A stretch of DNA of 49,006 bases from Chiloscyllium plagiosum (GCF_004010195.1 NC_057719.1:5701643-5750648); one strand, 5' to 3'; counted from the first letter of the stretch, positions 1-12,560 are shown. Notes: a model not told the origin generated them from the letters alone. Translations and numbers: made by a program.

Positions 1-134
1 AACAAGCAGTTGGGCTGGGAGTCTGTGAACCACCGCAACCTGCGGTTGCAGGGGACTGCTGCGTGCAGCACCCTCCACCCCAGATCCCCGAGAGAAAGGG
101 GGAGGACTCCCGCGTAGAGAGCCCTCCACTGGGG
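1..134 (-). mobile_element. Tx1-clade LINE ORF2 fragment (zf-RVT region), 5'-truncated
   Basis: Minus strand reads PQWRALYAGVLPLSLGDLGWRVLHAAVPCNRRLRWFTDSQPNCL, typical of the Tx1 ORF2 C-terminal region. Confidence 0.75.
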
Positions 135-149
135 AACAATTCTGTTTCT

Positions 150-464
150 TTTATTTTACCAAAGCAACTTTTTTTTTTCCCCCACACTACCGCCTAACTG
201 CGGTAGTGCTTATTACAATTCTGTTTCTTTTTTTTTTGTTTTGGGAGGGTAGGGACTAAATCAAAATAGAGTTGGAATGTCACCGCTTTTATTTATTTAT
301 TTTTTAAATTCCACCACCAGGAAGATAGGAAAACACCCGAGTGTCCAGTGACAAACACTGCCCTTCACATCAAAGGGCAGTGCTGTGTGATCAAAACAGT
401 GAAGGGGAGGGTAGGGACTAAATCAAAATAGAGTTGGAGGGAGAAATGATGCACTCCACTCCCA
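150..464 (-). mobile_element. Two short Tx1-like 3'-end fragments separated by a repeated 14-bp target
   Basis: Minus strand GVECIISPSNSILI* (ORF2-like end). T-rich heads correspond to A-rich tails. Hairpins CACTACCGC/GCGGTAGTG and CACTGCCCT/AGGGCAGTG. ACAATTCTGTTTCT at 136, 215 and 465. Confidence 0.65.
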
Positions 465-719
465 ACAATTCTGTTTCTGTCAGCCAGGGGTCAGTGATTG
501 GACCAGATTAACAAGCCCAGTCAGAGAACTCATAGTCTGTGAGGTCCACCTGACTGACCTTGTTACAGTCAGTACAGTTAGGATCCAATAGGGAAGGCAT
601 ACAGAATGGTGTCTTTATTTCAAACGAAATGGAGTATAAAACTAGGATGTCTTTCTAAAACTGGTTAGACCACAACTGGAATACTATGAGCAGCTTTGAT
701 GTCCTTGTCTGAGGAATGA

Positions 720-1198
720 TACACTTGATAATTTTTTATGATCCCTTTACCTTAATTAGTTTGTCCAGTTTTGGATTACTTGGATACTCTTAGCATGCAA
801 CTCTGATACCTATCATGTTATTCCAGCCATTAGGGTTGTTTCATGCACCACCTTATTTTTAATTATTTTGGAATTATCTATCTGCCTCAAATAATCAGAT
901 TACTGGCCATACCTTCACCAGCTGTTCACCTGTTTACACTTTACTCACACCATCTGACACTTTTGATCACCTACAGAGACTTATTATTCAGCCTATTGAC
1001 ACTCCACTCACACCATTTGTACAATCTTTTGGTCTCTCTGCCTACACTTCATGTGCCTGTGTGCTTCCCTTCACTTAACCTGATGAAGGGGCAGCGCTCC
1101 GAAAGCTTGTGATTTCAAATAAACCTGTTGGACTATCACCTGGTGTCAGGTGACTTCTGACCTTGTCCACCCCAGTCCAACACTGGCACCTGCACACC
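720..1198 (+). mobile_element. Penelope-like element 3' pLTR (family B) with hammerhead motif at about 1077-1111
   Basis: CTGATGA-A-GGGGC-AGC-GCTCC-GAAA-GC-TT followed by aataaacctgttggactatcacctggtgt, shared with copies at 12880, 14200 and 27005. Confidence 0.75.
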
Positions 1199-1224
1199 AT
1201 GAAAGATATACTAGCACGGAAGCA

Positions 1225-1596
1225 AATGTAGATTTCACTCGTTTCCTCATTTTCCCCTATCCCCATCTTATTCCAGTTCAACCTTCCAACTCAGCACCAT
1301 CTTCATGACCTGTCCATCTTTCTTCCCATCTGTCAGCTCCACCTTCCCCTTTGACCTATCATCTTTACCCCCATCCCCATCTACCTATCACACTCTCAGC
1401 TACCTTACCCCCAGCCCCACCCCCTCCCATTTATCTCATCAACCCCTCGGCTCACAGCCTCATTCCGGATGAAGGGCTTTTGCCCGAGACGTTGATTCTC
1501 CTGGCTCCTCAGATGCTGCCTGACCTGCTGTGCTTTTCCAGCAACACTCTAATGTAGACTCTGATTTCCATCATCTGCAGTCCTCACTTTCGCCTA
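1225..1596 (+). mobile_element. Penelope-like element 3' pLTR (family A), degenerate HHR
   Basis: ccggatgaagggcttttgcccgagacgttga, then gatgctgcctgacctgctgtgcttttccagc...catctgcagtcctcactttc. Confidence 0.75.
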
Positions 1597-1639
1597 GAAT
1601 TGGGGGCAGAGAAAGTTATTAGATTAATACAGATATGAA

Positions 1640-2090
1640 TAGATTTTCTTCCGAAGAGAGGTTGAGTATGTTGAGCCTGTATTCATTGGAAATTAGAAGA
1701 ATCAGAAGAGATTTTGAGAAATATATGAGAAATTTAGGGGCTTGACGAGGTAGATGCAGAGAATCTGTTTCTCCTTGTGGGAGAATAAAGGCACTGATGG
1801 AATAGTCTCAGATTAAGGGATTGCACATTTAAGACAGAGATGGTAAGGAATTCCCTCTCTCAGAAGGTTAACAATCTGTGGAATTCTTTACCACGGAGGG
1901 CTGTCAAGGCTGGGTCATTAAATATATTCAAGGCTGAGACAGACTTTTAATCAGTAAGGGGATCAAGGGTAATGGGGCTAAGACAGGAAAGCGTTGATGA
2001 TTATCAGGTCAGCCATAATCTCATAGAATGGTAGAGCAATCTTGGTGCACTGAATGGTCTATTTCTGCTCCTGTGTCTTATAGTCTTATT
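1640..2090 (+). mobile_element. CR1-group LINE 3' end, degraded (related fragment at about 590-720)
   Basis: Remnant of the RT C-terminus (NSLSQKVNNLWNSLP) and tail tctgctcctgtgtcttatagtcttat. Confidence 0.65.
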
Positions 2091-2484
2091 ATGCTTATCC
2101 ATCTCACACAGGCCTTCATATCCTGGATCCACAAATCTACCTACAGACTACAAAACGACAATCAAGGAACCAATTCACCGATCCCAAGTTGCAGAGATTG
2201 GACTGAAATTATTAACTACGATAGGTTGTGCGTAAAGTGTGATGAAAGCCACATTGTCTCTTTCTGCATTTAATGGAAGGGTCTATGGCCACATGAAGGA
2301 CAAGCAAAGACAAGGGCAAATAGCTAAAACCTACATTTCTGTAGTGGTTTTCAAGGTCTCAGGACAATGTCATAATGTATGAATGTAACAGCCAATTTGT
2401 GAATGGTAAGATCCCACAAACGAGAGTAAAGTGAATGATCATCTGATTTCAATGACTTTTCTTTGTCATTCACTGACAGATCTA

Positions 2485-2700
2485 TGAGGAGAAAGTGAGG
2501 TCTGCAGATGCTGGAGATCAGAGCTGGAAATGTGTTGCTGGAAAAGCGCAGCAGGTCAGGCAGCATCCAGGGAACAGGAGAATCGACGTTTCGGGCATAA
2601 GCCCTTCTTCAGGAAGAAGGGCTTATGCCCGAAACGTCGATTCTCCTGTTCCCTGGATGCTGCCTGACCTGCTGCGCTTTTCCAGCAACACATTTCCAGC
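2485..2700. mobile_element. Fold-back Penelope-derived mini-element (family A) with 13-bp target duplication
   Basis: Near-perfect inverted arms centred at about 2612. ACTGACAGATCTA at 2472-2484 and 2701-2713. Confidence 0.9.
2581..2615 (-). ncRNA. Minimal type-I hammerhead ribozyme motif (intact core)
   Basis: Minus strand: ttc-CUGAAGA-A-GGGC-UUAU-GCCC-GAAA-CG-UC^GAUU. Confidence 0.8.
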
Positions 2701-4679
2701 ACTGACAGATCTAGCCAGGATCATTCCGGAATGTGAAGATACTACTGGCTTCTTTCCTCCGCTCCCTCACTCCAGATTGTCTTTTTGAACATTTCTCCCT
2801 TGCCCTCTTCACCAATAGCAATCTAGTGAATTTATCAACAACTTGGACTAAAATGCTGATGACGTTATATATTTAATAGAAACCCATCTGGTTCAAAATG
2901 TCCTTTGGGGAACAAAATCTACTATCCTTGCATGAGCTGGCCTACCTGTGACTCCGGGCTACACAAATCACAGACCCTCTGAAATAGCCAAACAAAGCAC
3001 ACAGATGTGTCAAAACTGCGACAGGAAACCTGAAGAAGAACAGACAGAACCCCATTAATTGACCTGTGCACAAGGAATGACAAGACACACCCTCTTCTGG
3101 TGCCAAACTTGGGTAATCTGAGTCACAGGCTCGTCAAGCCTGAAAAGTCATACTCATGGAATCGTACCTTACAACGTCCCATCACCACGATCACCATCCC
3201 TGGGTATGTCCTGTCCTAATGGCAAGGCCGATCCACAAAACCTGCAACACCGTGGAATGGATTCAAGAGGAATTTACCCTAGGAGTCCCCAGTATTGACT
3301 CTGGACCCCATGAAGTCTCATGGTATCAGTCATACGTAGGCAATGAAATCTGCTGTTTCCTCCCCTTGGCTGACCAGTCCTTGTACTTCCCGATATTTGG
3401 AAAAAAGCACAGAGGCTGACAAGGGCCACAGAATGTACTCTGGGTGGGGGATCTCAATGTCCACCATCATGAGGAGCTTGGCAGCACCACTCCTGACTGA
3501 GGTGATCAAATCCAGCTGGACTGGATTTGCAGCAGATGGTGAGGGAACCAACAAGAGGGAAAAACAGAATTGAATTTATTGTCACGTATACCGAGGCACA
3601 GTGAAAAGCTTTGTCTTGCGAGCAATACAGGCAGATCATAGAGTTAAATAGCACAGAGAAGTAAATAATAGGTAAACAACGGCAAAAACAGGCGAATGCT
3701 AAGAGTTTGAGTGTCCATTCAGTATCTAACAACAGTCGGGTAGAAACTGTTACAAAACCGGCTGGTGCATGTGTTCAGGCTTCTGTACCTTCTCCCCAAT
3801 GGTAGAGGGTGTAGAAAAACATTGCCAGGGTGGGATGGATCTTTGAGAATGCTGGCGGTCTTTCCTTGACAGCGGGTCTGGTAGATGGATTCTATAGGTG
3901 GGCCTTTGTAATTGTCTGGGCCAAGTTCACCTCTCTCTGTAACTGTCTCTGATCTTGAATGGTACAGTTGCCACACCAGGGAGTGATACATCCAGACAGA
4001 ATGCTCTCGATGACGCACCTATAAAAGTTGGCGAGGGTATTCGCCGTCATGCTAAATTCCCTCAGCTGCCTGAGGAACAGGAGACGTTGTTGGGCCTTTG
4101 TAACCAGTGCATCCACATGAAGAGTCCAAGAAAGCTCATTGTGGATGACCACTCCCAGGAGCTTGACACTCTCCACTCATTCCACCTCTGTGCTGTTAAT
4201 GTGTAGGGGGTATGAGTAACATCCCGCTGAAAGTCAGTAATGAGTCCCTTGGTTTTGCCAGCATTGAGAGCTAGGTTGTTCTCAGTGCACCATTTTCCCA
4301 GGTCTTCCACCTCCCGTCTGTAGTCTGTTTCGTCAGCATCTGAGATTTGACTGACTATGGTGGTGTCCTCAGCGAACTTGTAAATGGCATTAGTCTGGTT
4401 TTGGCGACACAGTCATGGGTATACAGTGAGTACAGTAGGGGGTTGAGTACACACCCCTGGGGGCTCCAGTATTGAGCGTTAGTGACGATGAAACATTGTG
4501 GCCTGTGGGTTAGGAAACTGAGCATCCATTTGCAGAGAGTGGGGCTTAGTCCAAAATCACTAAGTTTCGTAATCAGTCTCCAGGGGATAATAGTGTTGAA
4601 GACTGAACTGTAGTCAATGAGTAGGATTCTTACGTAGCTGTTCTTGGTGTCAAGATGTTCTTGGGAGGAGTGAAGGGCA

Positions 4680-5364
4680 NNNNNNNNNNNNNNNNNNNNN
4701 NNNNNNNNNNNNNNNNNNNNNNNNNNNNNNNNNNNNNNNNNNNNNNNNNNNNNNNNNNNNNNNNNNNNNNNNNNNNNNNNNNNNNNNNNNNNNNNNNNNN
4801 NNNNNNNNNNNNNNNNNNNNNNNNNNNNNNNNNNNNNNNNNNNNNNNNNNNNNNNNNNNNNNNNNNNNNNNNNNNNNNNNNNNNNNNNNNNNNNNNNNNN
4901 NNNNNNNNNNNNNNNNNNNNNNNNNNNNNNNNNNNNNNNNNNNNNNNNNNNNNNNNNNNNNNNNNNNNNNNNNNNNNNNNNNNNNNNNNNNNNNNNNNNN
5001 NNNNNNNNNNNNNNNNNNNNNNNNNNNNNNNNNNNNNNNNNNNNNNNNNNNNNNNNNNNNNNNNNNNNNNNNNNNNNNNNNNNNNNNNNNNNNNNNNNNN
5101 NNNNNNNNNNNNNNNNNNNNNNNNNNNNNNNNNNNNNNNNNNNNNNNNNNNNNNNNNNNNNNNNNNNNNNNNNNNNNNNNNNNNNNNNNNNNNNNNNNNN
5201 NNNNNNNNNNNNNNNNNNNNNNNNNNNNNNNNNNNNNNNNNNNNNNNNNNNNNNNNNNNNNNNNNNNNNNNNNNNNNNNNNNNNNNNNNNNNNNNNNNNN
5301 NNNNNNNNNNNNNNNNNNNNNNNNNNNNNNNNNNNNNNNNNNNNNNNNNNNNNNNNNNNNNNNN
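4680..5364. other. Assembly gap (N run)
   Basis: Continuous n characters. Confidence 1.
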
Positions 5365-6109
5365 TTTTAGCAGGTTCTGTATGTCCTGATTCATCCAGGG
5401 TTTCCTGTTGGGGAACACCTGGATTGACTTCCTCACTACACAGTCCTCCACACACTTGCTGATAAAGTCTGTGACGGTGGTGACGTACTCGTCTAAGGTA
5501 CCTGCAGACTGTTTGAACATGGCCCAATCAGCTGATTCCAGACAGCACTGGAGTTGATCCTCTGCCTCCTCCAACCAGCACTGGACCTGTATCCGCGAGG
5601 TTGTCTCCTGCTTGAGCTTTTGCCTATAAGCCGGGAGAAGAAACACGGCATTGTGGTCAGAGTTCCCGAAATGAGGGCGGGGGGATGGAGTGGTAGGCAT
5701 CCTTCACAGTGGTGCAGCAGCAGTCTGAAATGTTCGGGCCCCTGGTGGGGCAGGTAATGTTCTGGTGGTACTTGGGCAACACCTTCCTTAGATAGGCTTG
5801 ATTGAAGTCACCAGTTACAATAAACAGGGTCTCGGGGTGTTCCATCTCCAGGGTGTTGGTGGTGGTGTACAGCACATCCAGAGCTTCCTCAACCTTTGCT
5901 TGTGGAGGTATGTACACAGCAGTTAGTATCACAGCGGTAAATTCCTGCGATAGATAGAAGGCACGGCATTTGATGGTGAGGAATTCAGGGTTTGGGGAAC
6001 AATGGCTGCCCAGAGGTTGCAATGTCCGTGCACTACAAGTTGATTGAAAGAGCAAACCCCTCCACCCTTTGTCTTATCCAAGGACGCTGTACAGTCAGTA
6101 GGATGGATA

Positions 6110-6248
6110 CTGAAGAAGTCCTGAAGAAGGGCATATGCCCGAAACGTCGATTCTCCTGTTCCCTGGATGCTGCCTGACCTGCTGCGCTTTTCCAGCAACA
6201 CATTTCCAGCTCTGATCTCCAGCATCTGCAGACCTCACTTTCTCCTCC
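6110..6248 (+). mobile_element. Solo family-A pLTR inserted into Rex1, intact HHR at about 6117-6152, 14-bp TSD
   Basis: CAGTAGGATGGATA at 6096-6109 and 6249-6262. Motif aguc-CUGAAGA-A-GGGC-AUAU-GCCC-GAAA-CG-UC^GAUU. Confidence 0.9.
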
Positions 6249-7174
6249 CAGTAGGATGGATAGAAAAACCATCAGCCTGAAGTGCACAGTCGGGAATGGA
6301 TGGGTTGAGCCAGGTTTCTGAAGCAGAGTGTGGAGCAGTCCCGCAGTTCACGCTGGAAGCTGAGCTGTGATCTGAGTTTGTCCATCTTGTTCTCCAGAGA
6401 TTGTACATCTGCTAGGGGTAAGCTAGGAAGGGAGGGTCTTGAAACTGCGTAGCCGCGGTCTTACTAGCAGGCCGGCACGCTTACCCCACTGCCTCGCAGG
6501 TGACTTCATCCTCACCAATCATAACAGCATTGGCAGGAGGAACCACCTCGGGTTTTTATGATCACTTTCCTTGGTCCATCAGGTTTACTGTGGGTTTCAA
6601 CGACATGTAGCAATTCTAGGAATAGACCATTTCCAATGTTCGTTGTTAAAGCAAAGTATGCCATGGAAAATACTGCAAAAATCTTCTCACACTGTGCTTA
6701 CACTCACAAGTTAATTCCTTTCACATGGACTTGTCCAAAGATCAGACCAGAACAGAGCATGTGATTAGTGAACACGGTCTAAACTTTGAGTCAGTGATCT
6801 ATCGACCTCCTTGAGTTAGCTACACGTTTACTGTGAGAGAAGCTGTTTTATACTCGTCCCATAGATGCTGAACATTCGAAGCCTTGACATTATCCAATCT
6901 CCAGCAAGTGATTAATTTAACAAATCGCCAACATCACAAACGTGTCATGTTTTCCACATCGCTTTGATAATTAATTTATTAAGACTTGAATGTGTCGCTT
7001 GGAAAGACACTTATCTCTTGCCTGAAATGAGCCTTGACATAAAACTTAACTTGCACACGATGTTCACCATTTTTATATCGTCAAATCAACTGTCTGATTT
7101 TCATACAGCACAAGTCCATGGCAATCACAGTAGTCCACATTGAAAATCTGATTCAGTATCTGTTTTAAACAAAA

Positions 7175-8378
7175 CTTAAGGATTTACATGTATTTGGAAA
7201 GGCAAGGACTGATTAGGGATAGTCAACATGGCTTTGTGCATGGGAAATCATGTCTTACAAACTTGGTTGAGTTTTTTGAAGAAGTAACATAGAGGATTGA
7301 TGAGGGCAAAGTGGTGGATGTGATCTACATGGACTTCAGTAAGGCATTCGACATGGTTCTGCATGGTACACTGGTTAGCAAGGTTAAATCACATGGCATA
7401 CAGGGAGATCTAGCCATTTGGATACAGAAGTGGCTCAAAGGTAGGAGACAAAGGGTTGCTTTTCAGACTGGAGGCCTGTGACCAACGGTGTTCCACAAGG
7501 AATGGTGCTGGGTCCACTGCTTTTTGTCATTTATATAAATGATTTGGATGTGAACATAGGAGGTATGGTTAGTATATTTGGTGGTGTAGTGGACAGCAAA
7601 AAAGGTTACCTTAGAGAACAACGGGACCTTGGGCTGAAGAGGGACAGATGGAGTTTAATTTAGATAAATGTGAGGTGCTGAAATTTGGAAAGGCAAATAA
7701 GGCAGGACTTATACACTTAATGGTAACGTCCCTGGAGTGCAGGTTCATAGCTCCTTGAAAGTGGAATCTCAGGTAGACAGGATAGTGAAGAAGGTGTTTG
7801 GTATACTTGCCTTTCTTGTTCAGTGCATTGAATATAGGAGTTGGGAGGTCATGTACATGAAATTGGTTAGGTCACTTTTGGAATACTAGGTGCAGTCCCT
7901 GCAGTAGAAAGGATGTCGTGAAACTTGAAAAGGTGCAGAAAAGATTTACAAGAATGTTGCCAGGGTTGGAGGGTTTGAGCTATAGGGAGAGGCTGAATAA
8001 ACTGGGGCTTTTTTTCCCTGGAGCATTGGAGGCTGAAGGGTGACCTTAAAGAGGTTTGTAAAATCACGAGGGGCATCGATAGAGTGAATAGCCAAAGTCT
8101 TTTCCCTGGTATGGGGAGTTCAAAACTAGAGGGAATAGGTTTAAGGTGAGAGCTGGAAATGTGTTGCTGGAAAGGCGCAGCAGGTCAGGCAGCATCCAGG
8201 GAACAGGAGAATCAACGTTTCAGGCATAAGCCCTTCTTCAGGAATGAGGAAAGTTTGTCCAGCAGGCTAAGATTAGGTGAGAGGGGAAAGATTGAAAAGA
8301 GACCTAAGGATAAACGTTTTCACATAGAGGGTGGTGTGTGTATGGAATGAGCTGCCCGAGGAAGTGGTGGAGGCTGCA
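7175..8378 (+). mobile_element. CR1/HER1-like LINE RT region, interrupted at 8153-8274 by a family-A pLTR
   Basis: [55 protein letters not shown]. The insert is flanked by AGGTGAGAG at 8144-8152 and 8275-8283. Confidence 0.88.
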
Positions 8379-9219
8379 GTTACAAAGTCTCATCTACCTG
8401 ACAACATGGAGAATTGCCCAAATATGTCTTGTCCCTAAAAATCAGGACAAATCCAAACCATCCAATTAGGCCATGTCTAAGGCCATCTTGATCATCCCAC
8501 CACCACAATTTGAGATATTCGCTGGTGATTACATGATGTTCGGCACCATTCACGACTCCTCAGATCCTGAAGCAGTCCAATGTCTAAATGCAGCAAGGCC
8601 TGGATAACATTCAGTCTTGAGCTGATCAGCGTGAAATAACATTCACATCACACAGTGCCGAGTGGTCTCGTCACCACCTGGAGGTTACCTCCGGTGTCGG
8701 CATCCAGGTATTCCAGCAGCTCGGCAGCTGGTCTCATCCAGGAGTGGTGATCTCTGCTCTTTGACCCAGCATCGTGGTCTACCCTGGATGCATCTTCCAG
8801 CTACTCCATCATCTTTAATCAAATTTCTCTGAGCCCAGGAGCTGAACTGTGATGAACTTTGTCTTAATTTTACTTTATTTTATCATTATGTATGAGTTTT
8901 TTCATTAATGTAAGCACCGTGTTAGGATGACTTATAAAACTTGTCATTGTTTTATTCATGTAAAACTACACATGACAATAAATGTCTATTCTATTCCAAT
9001 GACCATCTCCAATGGGAAATCATCTGAGCCATGTCCCCAGTAATTAAAGCTATGACAATAGCTGAATCTCCCACCAGCAACATCTAAGTGGTTACCATCA
9101 ACCAGAAGCTTAAATGATCCAGATATATTAATATTGTGCTATCAGAGGCTGAGAATCCTGCACTAAATATCTCACCTTCTTTCTCCCTGATGCATGTCCC
9201 TATCAACAAAGCACAAATC

Positions 9220-10160
9220 ATCGAACAGTGCAGCACAGTACAGGCCCTTCAACCCTCAATGTTGTGCCTATCTTTTTTCCGCTCTAATACCAAACTAACC
9301 TACATACCCTTCATTTTACTATCGTCCAAGAGTCGCTTAAATCTCCCTAATGTATCTGACTCTACGACCACTGCTGGCAGTGCATTCCACACACCCACCA
9401 CTGTCTGCACAATGAACCTACTTCTGACATCTCCCCTAAACCTTCCTCCAAACACCTTAAAATTGTGCCCCCTCCTGGTAGCCATCTCTGCCCTGGGAAA
9501 AAAGTCTCTGGCTAACCACATTATCGATGCCTCTCAACATTTTGTACACTTCAATCAAGTCACCTCTTATCCTTCTTCACTCCAATGAGAAAAGTCCTAG
9601 CTCCCTCAGCCTTTCTTCATAAGACCTGCCCTCCAGTCCAGGCAGCATCCTGGTAAATCTCCTCTGCACCCTCTCTAAGGCTACCACATCCTTCCTTTAA
9701 TGAGTCGACCAGAACTAAACACAGTGTTCCAAATGTGGTAGGGTTTTATAGAGCTGCAACCTAACCTCATGGCTATTAAACTCTATTTCCCTGCTAATGA
9801 AAGCCAACACATGCTATGTCTTCTTAACAACTCTATCAACTTAGGTGGCAATTTTGAGGGATCTATGGACATGGGACCCAAGATCCCTCTGTAGCTCCAC
9901 ACTGTCAACAATCCTGCCTTTAATCCTGAATTCTGCATTCAAATTCTACCTTCCAAAATGAATTAAAGAACAAAGAAAATTTACAGCCCAGGAACAGGCC
10001 CTTCGGCCCTCTAAGCCTGAGCCGATCCAAATGTACTGTCTAAACCTGTCGGTCAATTCCTAAGCATCTGTATCTCTCTGCTCCCCACCTACTCATGTGT
10101 TTACTTCACACTTTTCCAGGTTGAACTCAATCTGCCACTACCAGCCCAGTTCTGCATCCT
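9220..10160 (-). mobile_element. CR1-like LINE 3' part, with a second CR1-type 3' end nested at about 9965-10100
   Basis: Minus ORF RDFFPRAEMATRRGHNFKVFGGRFRGDVRSRFIVQTVVGVWNALP is a CR1 ORF2 C-terminus. Confidence 0.85.
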
Positions 10161-10240
10161 GAGTGTGAGGTGAGTGTGATGGAATACCACACACTTGTCT
10201 GCTTGAGTGCAACACCAGTAACACTGAAGAAACTCAACAT

Positions 10241-10553
10241 GGGGGGCACGGTGGCTCAGTGGTTAGCATTGCTGTCTCACAGCACCAGGGTCCCAGGTTT
10301 GATTCCAGCCTCAGGCGACTGTCTGTGTGGAGTTTGCACATTCTCCTCGTGTCTGTGTGGGTTCCCTCCGAGTGATCCGGTTTCCTCCCACAATCCAAAG
10401 ATGTGCAGGTCAGGTGAATTGGCCATGCTAAATTGTCCATAGTGTTAGGTACATTAGTCAGAGGGAAATGTGTCTGGATGGTTTACTCTTTGGAGGGTCA
10501 GTGTAGACTTGTTGGGCCGAAGGGCCTGTTTCCGCACTGTAGGGAATCTAACT
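10241..10553 (+). mobile_element. HE1-type tRNA-derived SINE (V domain)
   Basis: A box GGTGGCTCAGTGG, B-box-like GGTTTGATTCC, core tgtgtggagtttgcacattctcc, CR1-like tail gggccgaagggcctgtttcc..gaatcta. Confidence 0.88.
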
Positions 10554-10950
10554 TCCAGCAGAAACAGCTACACTTGACTGGCAAGTCAACTACCATCTCC
10601 ACATTCACTCCCTCTGCCAATGCACAATAGCAGCACTGTAAACCATCTACAAGGCTGAACCACACCTTTTTGAATTGCTGTAGTCCAAGACACAGTGAGG
10701 GAGGAAGTTTTGGAATGTTGCCACAGCAGCTACCATTTGAGGCTGCTGCAATTTGGTAGGTGTGCCACTGGAGGGGGTTGGTGTGTCCACTTGTTCTTTC
10801 CTGGAATAGTCATGTTGTGATTATAATATTTCAGTTAATGCTGCAATTCAGTGCACTGACTGTGGGATAGAGCTGCACTTAGAACATAGAACAGTACAGC
10901 ACAGTACAGGGCCTTTGGCCCGCAATGTTGTTCCAACCTTTCATTATAGA

Positions 10951-11162
10951 GGAGAAAGTGAGGACTGCATATGCTGGAGATCAGAGCTGAAAATGTGTTG
11001 CTGGAAAAGTGCAGCAGGTCAGGCAGCATCCAGGGAACAGGAGAATCGACGTTTCGGGCATAAGCCCTTCTTCAGGAATCAGGGCTTATGCCCGAAACGT
11101 CGATTCTCCTGTTCCTTGGATGCTGCCTGACCTGCTGCGCTTTTCCAGCAACACATTTTCAG
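10951..11162. mobile_element. Fold-back family-A Penelope mini-element inserted in a CR1 3' end (10881-11280), 13-bp TSD
   Basis: Inverted arms centred at about 11078. CTTTCATTATAGA at 10938-10950 and 11163-11175. Intact minus-strand HHR at about 11044-11079. Confidence 0.9.
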
Positions 11163-11742
11163 CTTTCATTATAGACCAAACTAACCAACATACCCTTCAT
11201 TTTACTGTCACCCATGTGCCTATCCAAGAGTCGCTTAAATGTCCCTAATGTGTCCGACTCTACCAGCACCACTGGCAGTTCAGATGACCTGCTAAAAGGG
11301 ATAATGATGCTGCATTTTTATTATGGAAATGGAAAGTACTGGAGGAACCCAGCAGATTTTTATTTATCAATTATGAATTCATTGGATGTAGGCCTGGCTG
11401 ACTGGGCCACCTTTTACTGTCTACACCAAGCTGCCTGTGAGAAGGTGGTGGTGAGCTGTCTTCTTGAACTGCTGCAGTCCCTGTAGGTTGTCCCACAATG
11501 CTCTTCAGCAGGGAATTCCTGAAATTTGTCCCAATGACACTGAAGGAACACCAATATATTTGCACGTCAGGATGGTATTCAGTTTGGAAGGGATTTTGGT
11601 GATGTTACTTAGAGATATGGGCAGACACCCTCAGCCTGAAAATACTCCCAAGTGATATCTCAAGTAGCAATATTGACTTAAAACATGAGGTGAAGCTGAT
11701 ACAAAGCAAACTTGTTCTATTCAGCAATTCCTTTCTTTGAAG

Positions 11743-12560
11743 GTGGCACAGTGATACAGTAATTTAGAATTACTGTCCCACAGCACCAGAGACCCAGGTT
11801 CAATTCCAGCCTCAGGTGACTGTCTGTGTAGTTTGCATCCTCTCTCTCCATGCCATAGAGAGATGTACAGCATGGAAACAGACCCTTCGGTCCAACCCGA
11901 CCATGCCGACTAGATATCCCAATCCAATCTAGTTCTACATGCCAGCACCCAGCCCATATCCCTCCAAACCCTTCCTATTCATATACCCATCCAAATGCCT
12001 CTTAAATGTTGCAATTGTACCAGCCTCCACCACCTCCTCTGGCAGCTCATTCCATACTCTAACCACCCTCTCAGTGAAAAAGTTGCCCCTTAGGTCTCTT
12101 TTATATCTTTCCCCTCTCACCCTAAACTTATGCCCTCTAGTTCTGGACTCCCCCACCCCAGGGTTTTACCTCTGGTTTCATCCCACAATCCAAAGATGTG
12201 GATTAGACATGAGAAACTGTAGTGATTGTAGCAAGGTCAGCCAGGTAGCCTTCAAAGAATTTGAGTTCTCTGATTGGGCTGTTAATCTTGTTCAACCAGG
12301 GAACCCTGGCTGACAGATCTGAACAGGGATGTCAGAGGTTCTGTTCACTCTGAGAGTTGGTCCTGAGGTAGCTGGATCAGTGTCAAGGACTTTCCACATG
12401 TAAACAAAGGGTGACTTCATGATGGGGCCCTGGCTATTTCAAAACGTGGGGTTTTAGGGTCAGGGTGGAGGGATGTGGGTCCAATGGGATACTGTTCAGA
12501 GGGTCAGTGCAGATTAAAGGACCAAATGGCCTCTATCTGTATTGATGGGATTCTATGACT
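11743..12560 (+). mobile_element. HE1-type SINE split by a CR1 3' end (about 11851-12160, minus) and an LTR-like insert (about 12217-12441)
   Basis: SINE head at 11743, continuation tcccacaatccaaagatgtg at 12181, tail near 12530. CR1 ORF GESRTRGHKFRVRGERYKRDLRGNFFTERVVRVWNELPEEVV. The insert resembles 478-575 in reverse. Confidence 0.7.

Larger units (their letters stand above)
3567..6500 (-). mobile_element. Rex1/Babar LINE, long degraded copy (APE endonuclease + RT) spanning an assembly gap
   Basis: Minus-strand peptides AVYIPPQA..FIVTGDFNQA (APE), FPNRKPWM, YVRILLIDYSSVFNTI, PQGCVLNPLLYSLYTHDC (RT) and KAQQRLLFLRQL..NFYRCVIESILSGCI. Tail gtgacaataaattcaattc. Confidence 0.88.

Noticed and set aside
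2351..2788. Recurrent short peptides MLPDLLRFSSNTF / MCCWKSAAGQAASREQENRRF at several loci
   Set aside because: Chance translations of the non-coding family-A pLTR repeat, not a gene family.
4355..5700. Long ORFs across the first gap
   Set aside because: Gap artefacts inside a frameshifted Rex1 copy.
10241..10320. tRNA genes at A/B-box sequences (also 22626, 39407)
   Set aside because: These are SINE heads continuing into SINE body and tail, with no complete cloverleaf.
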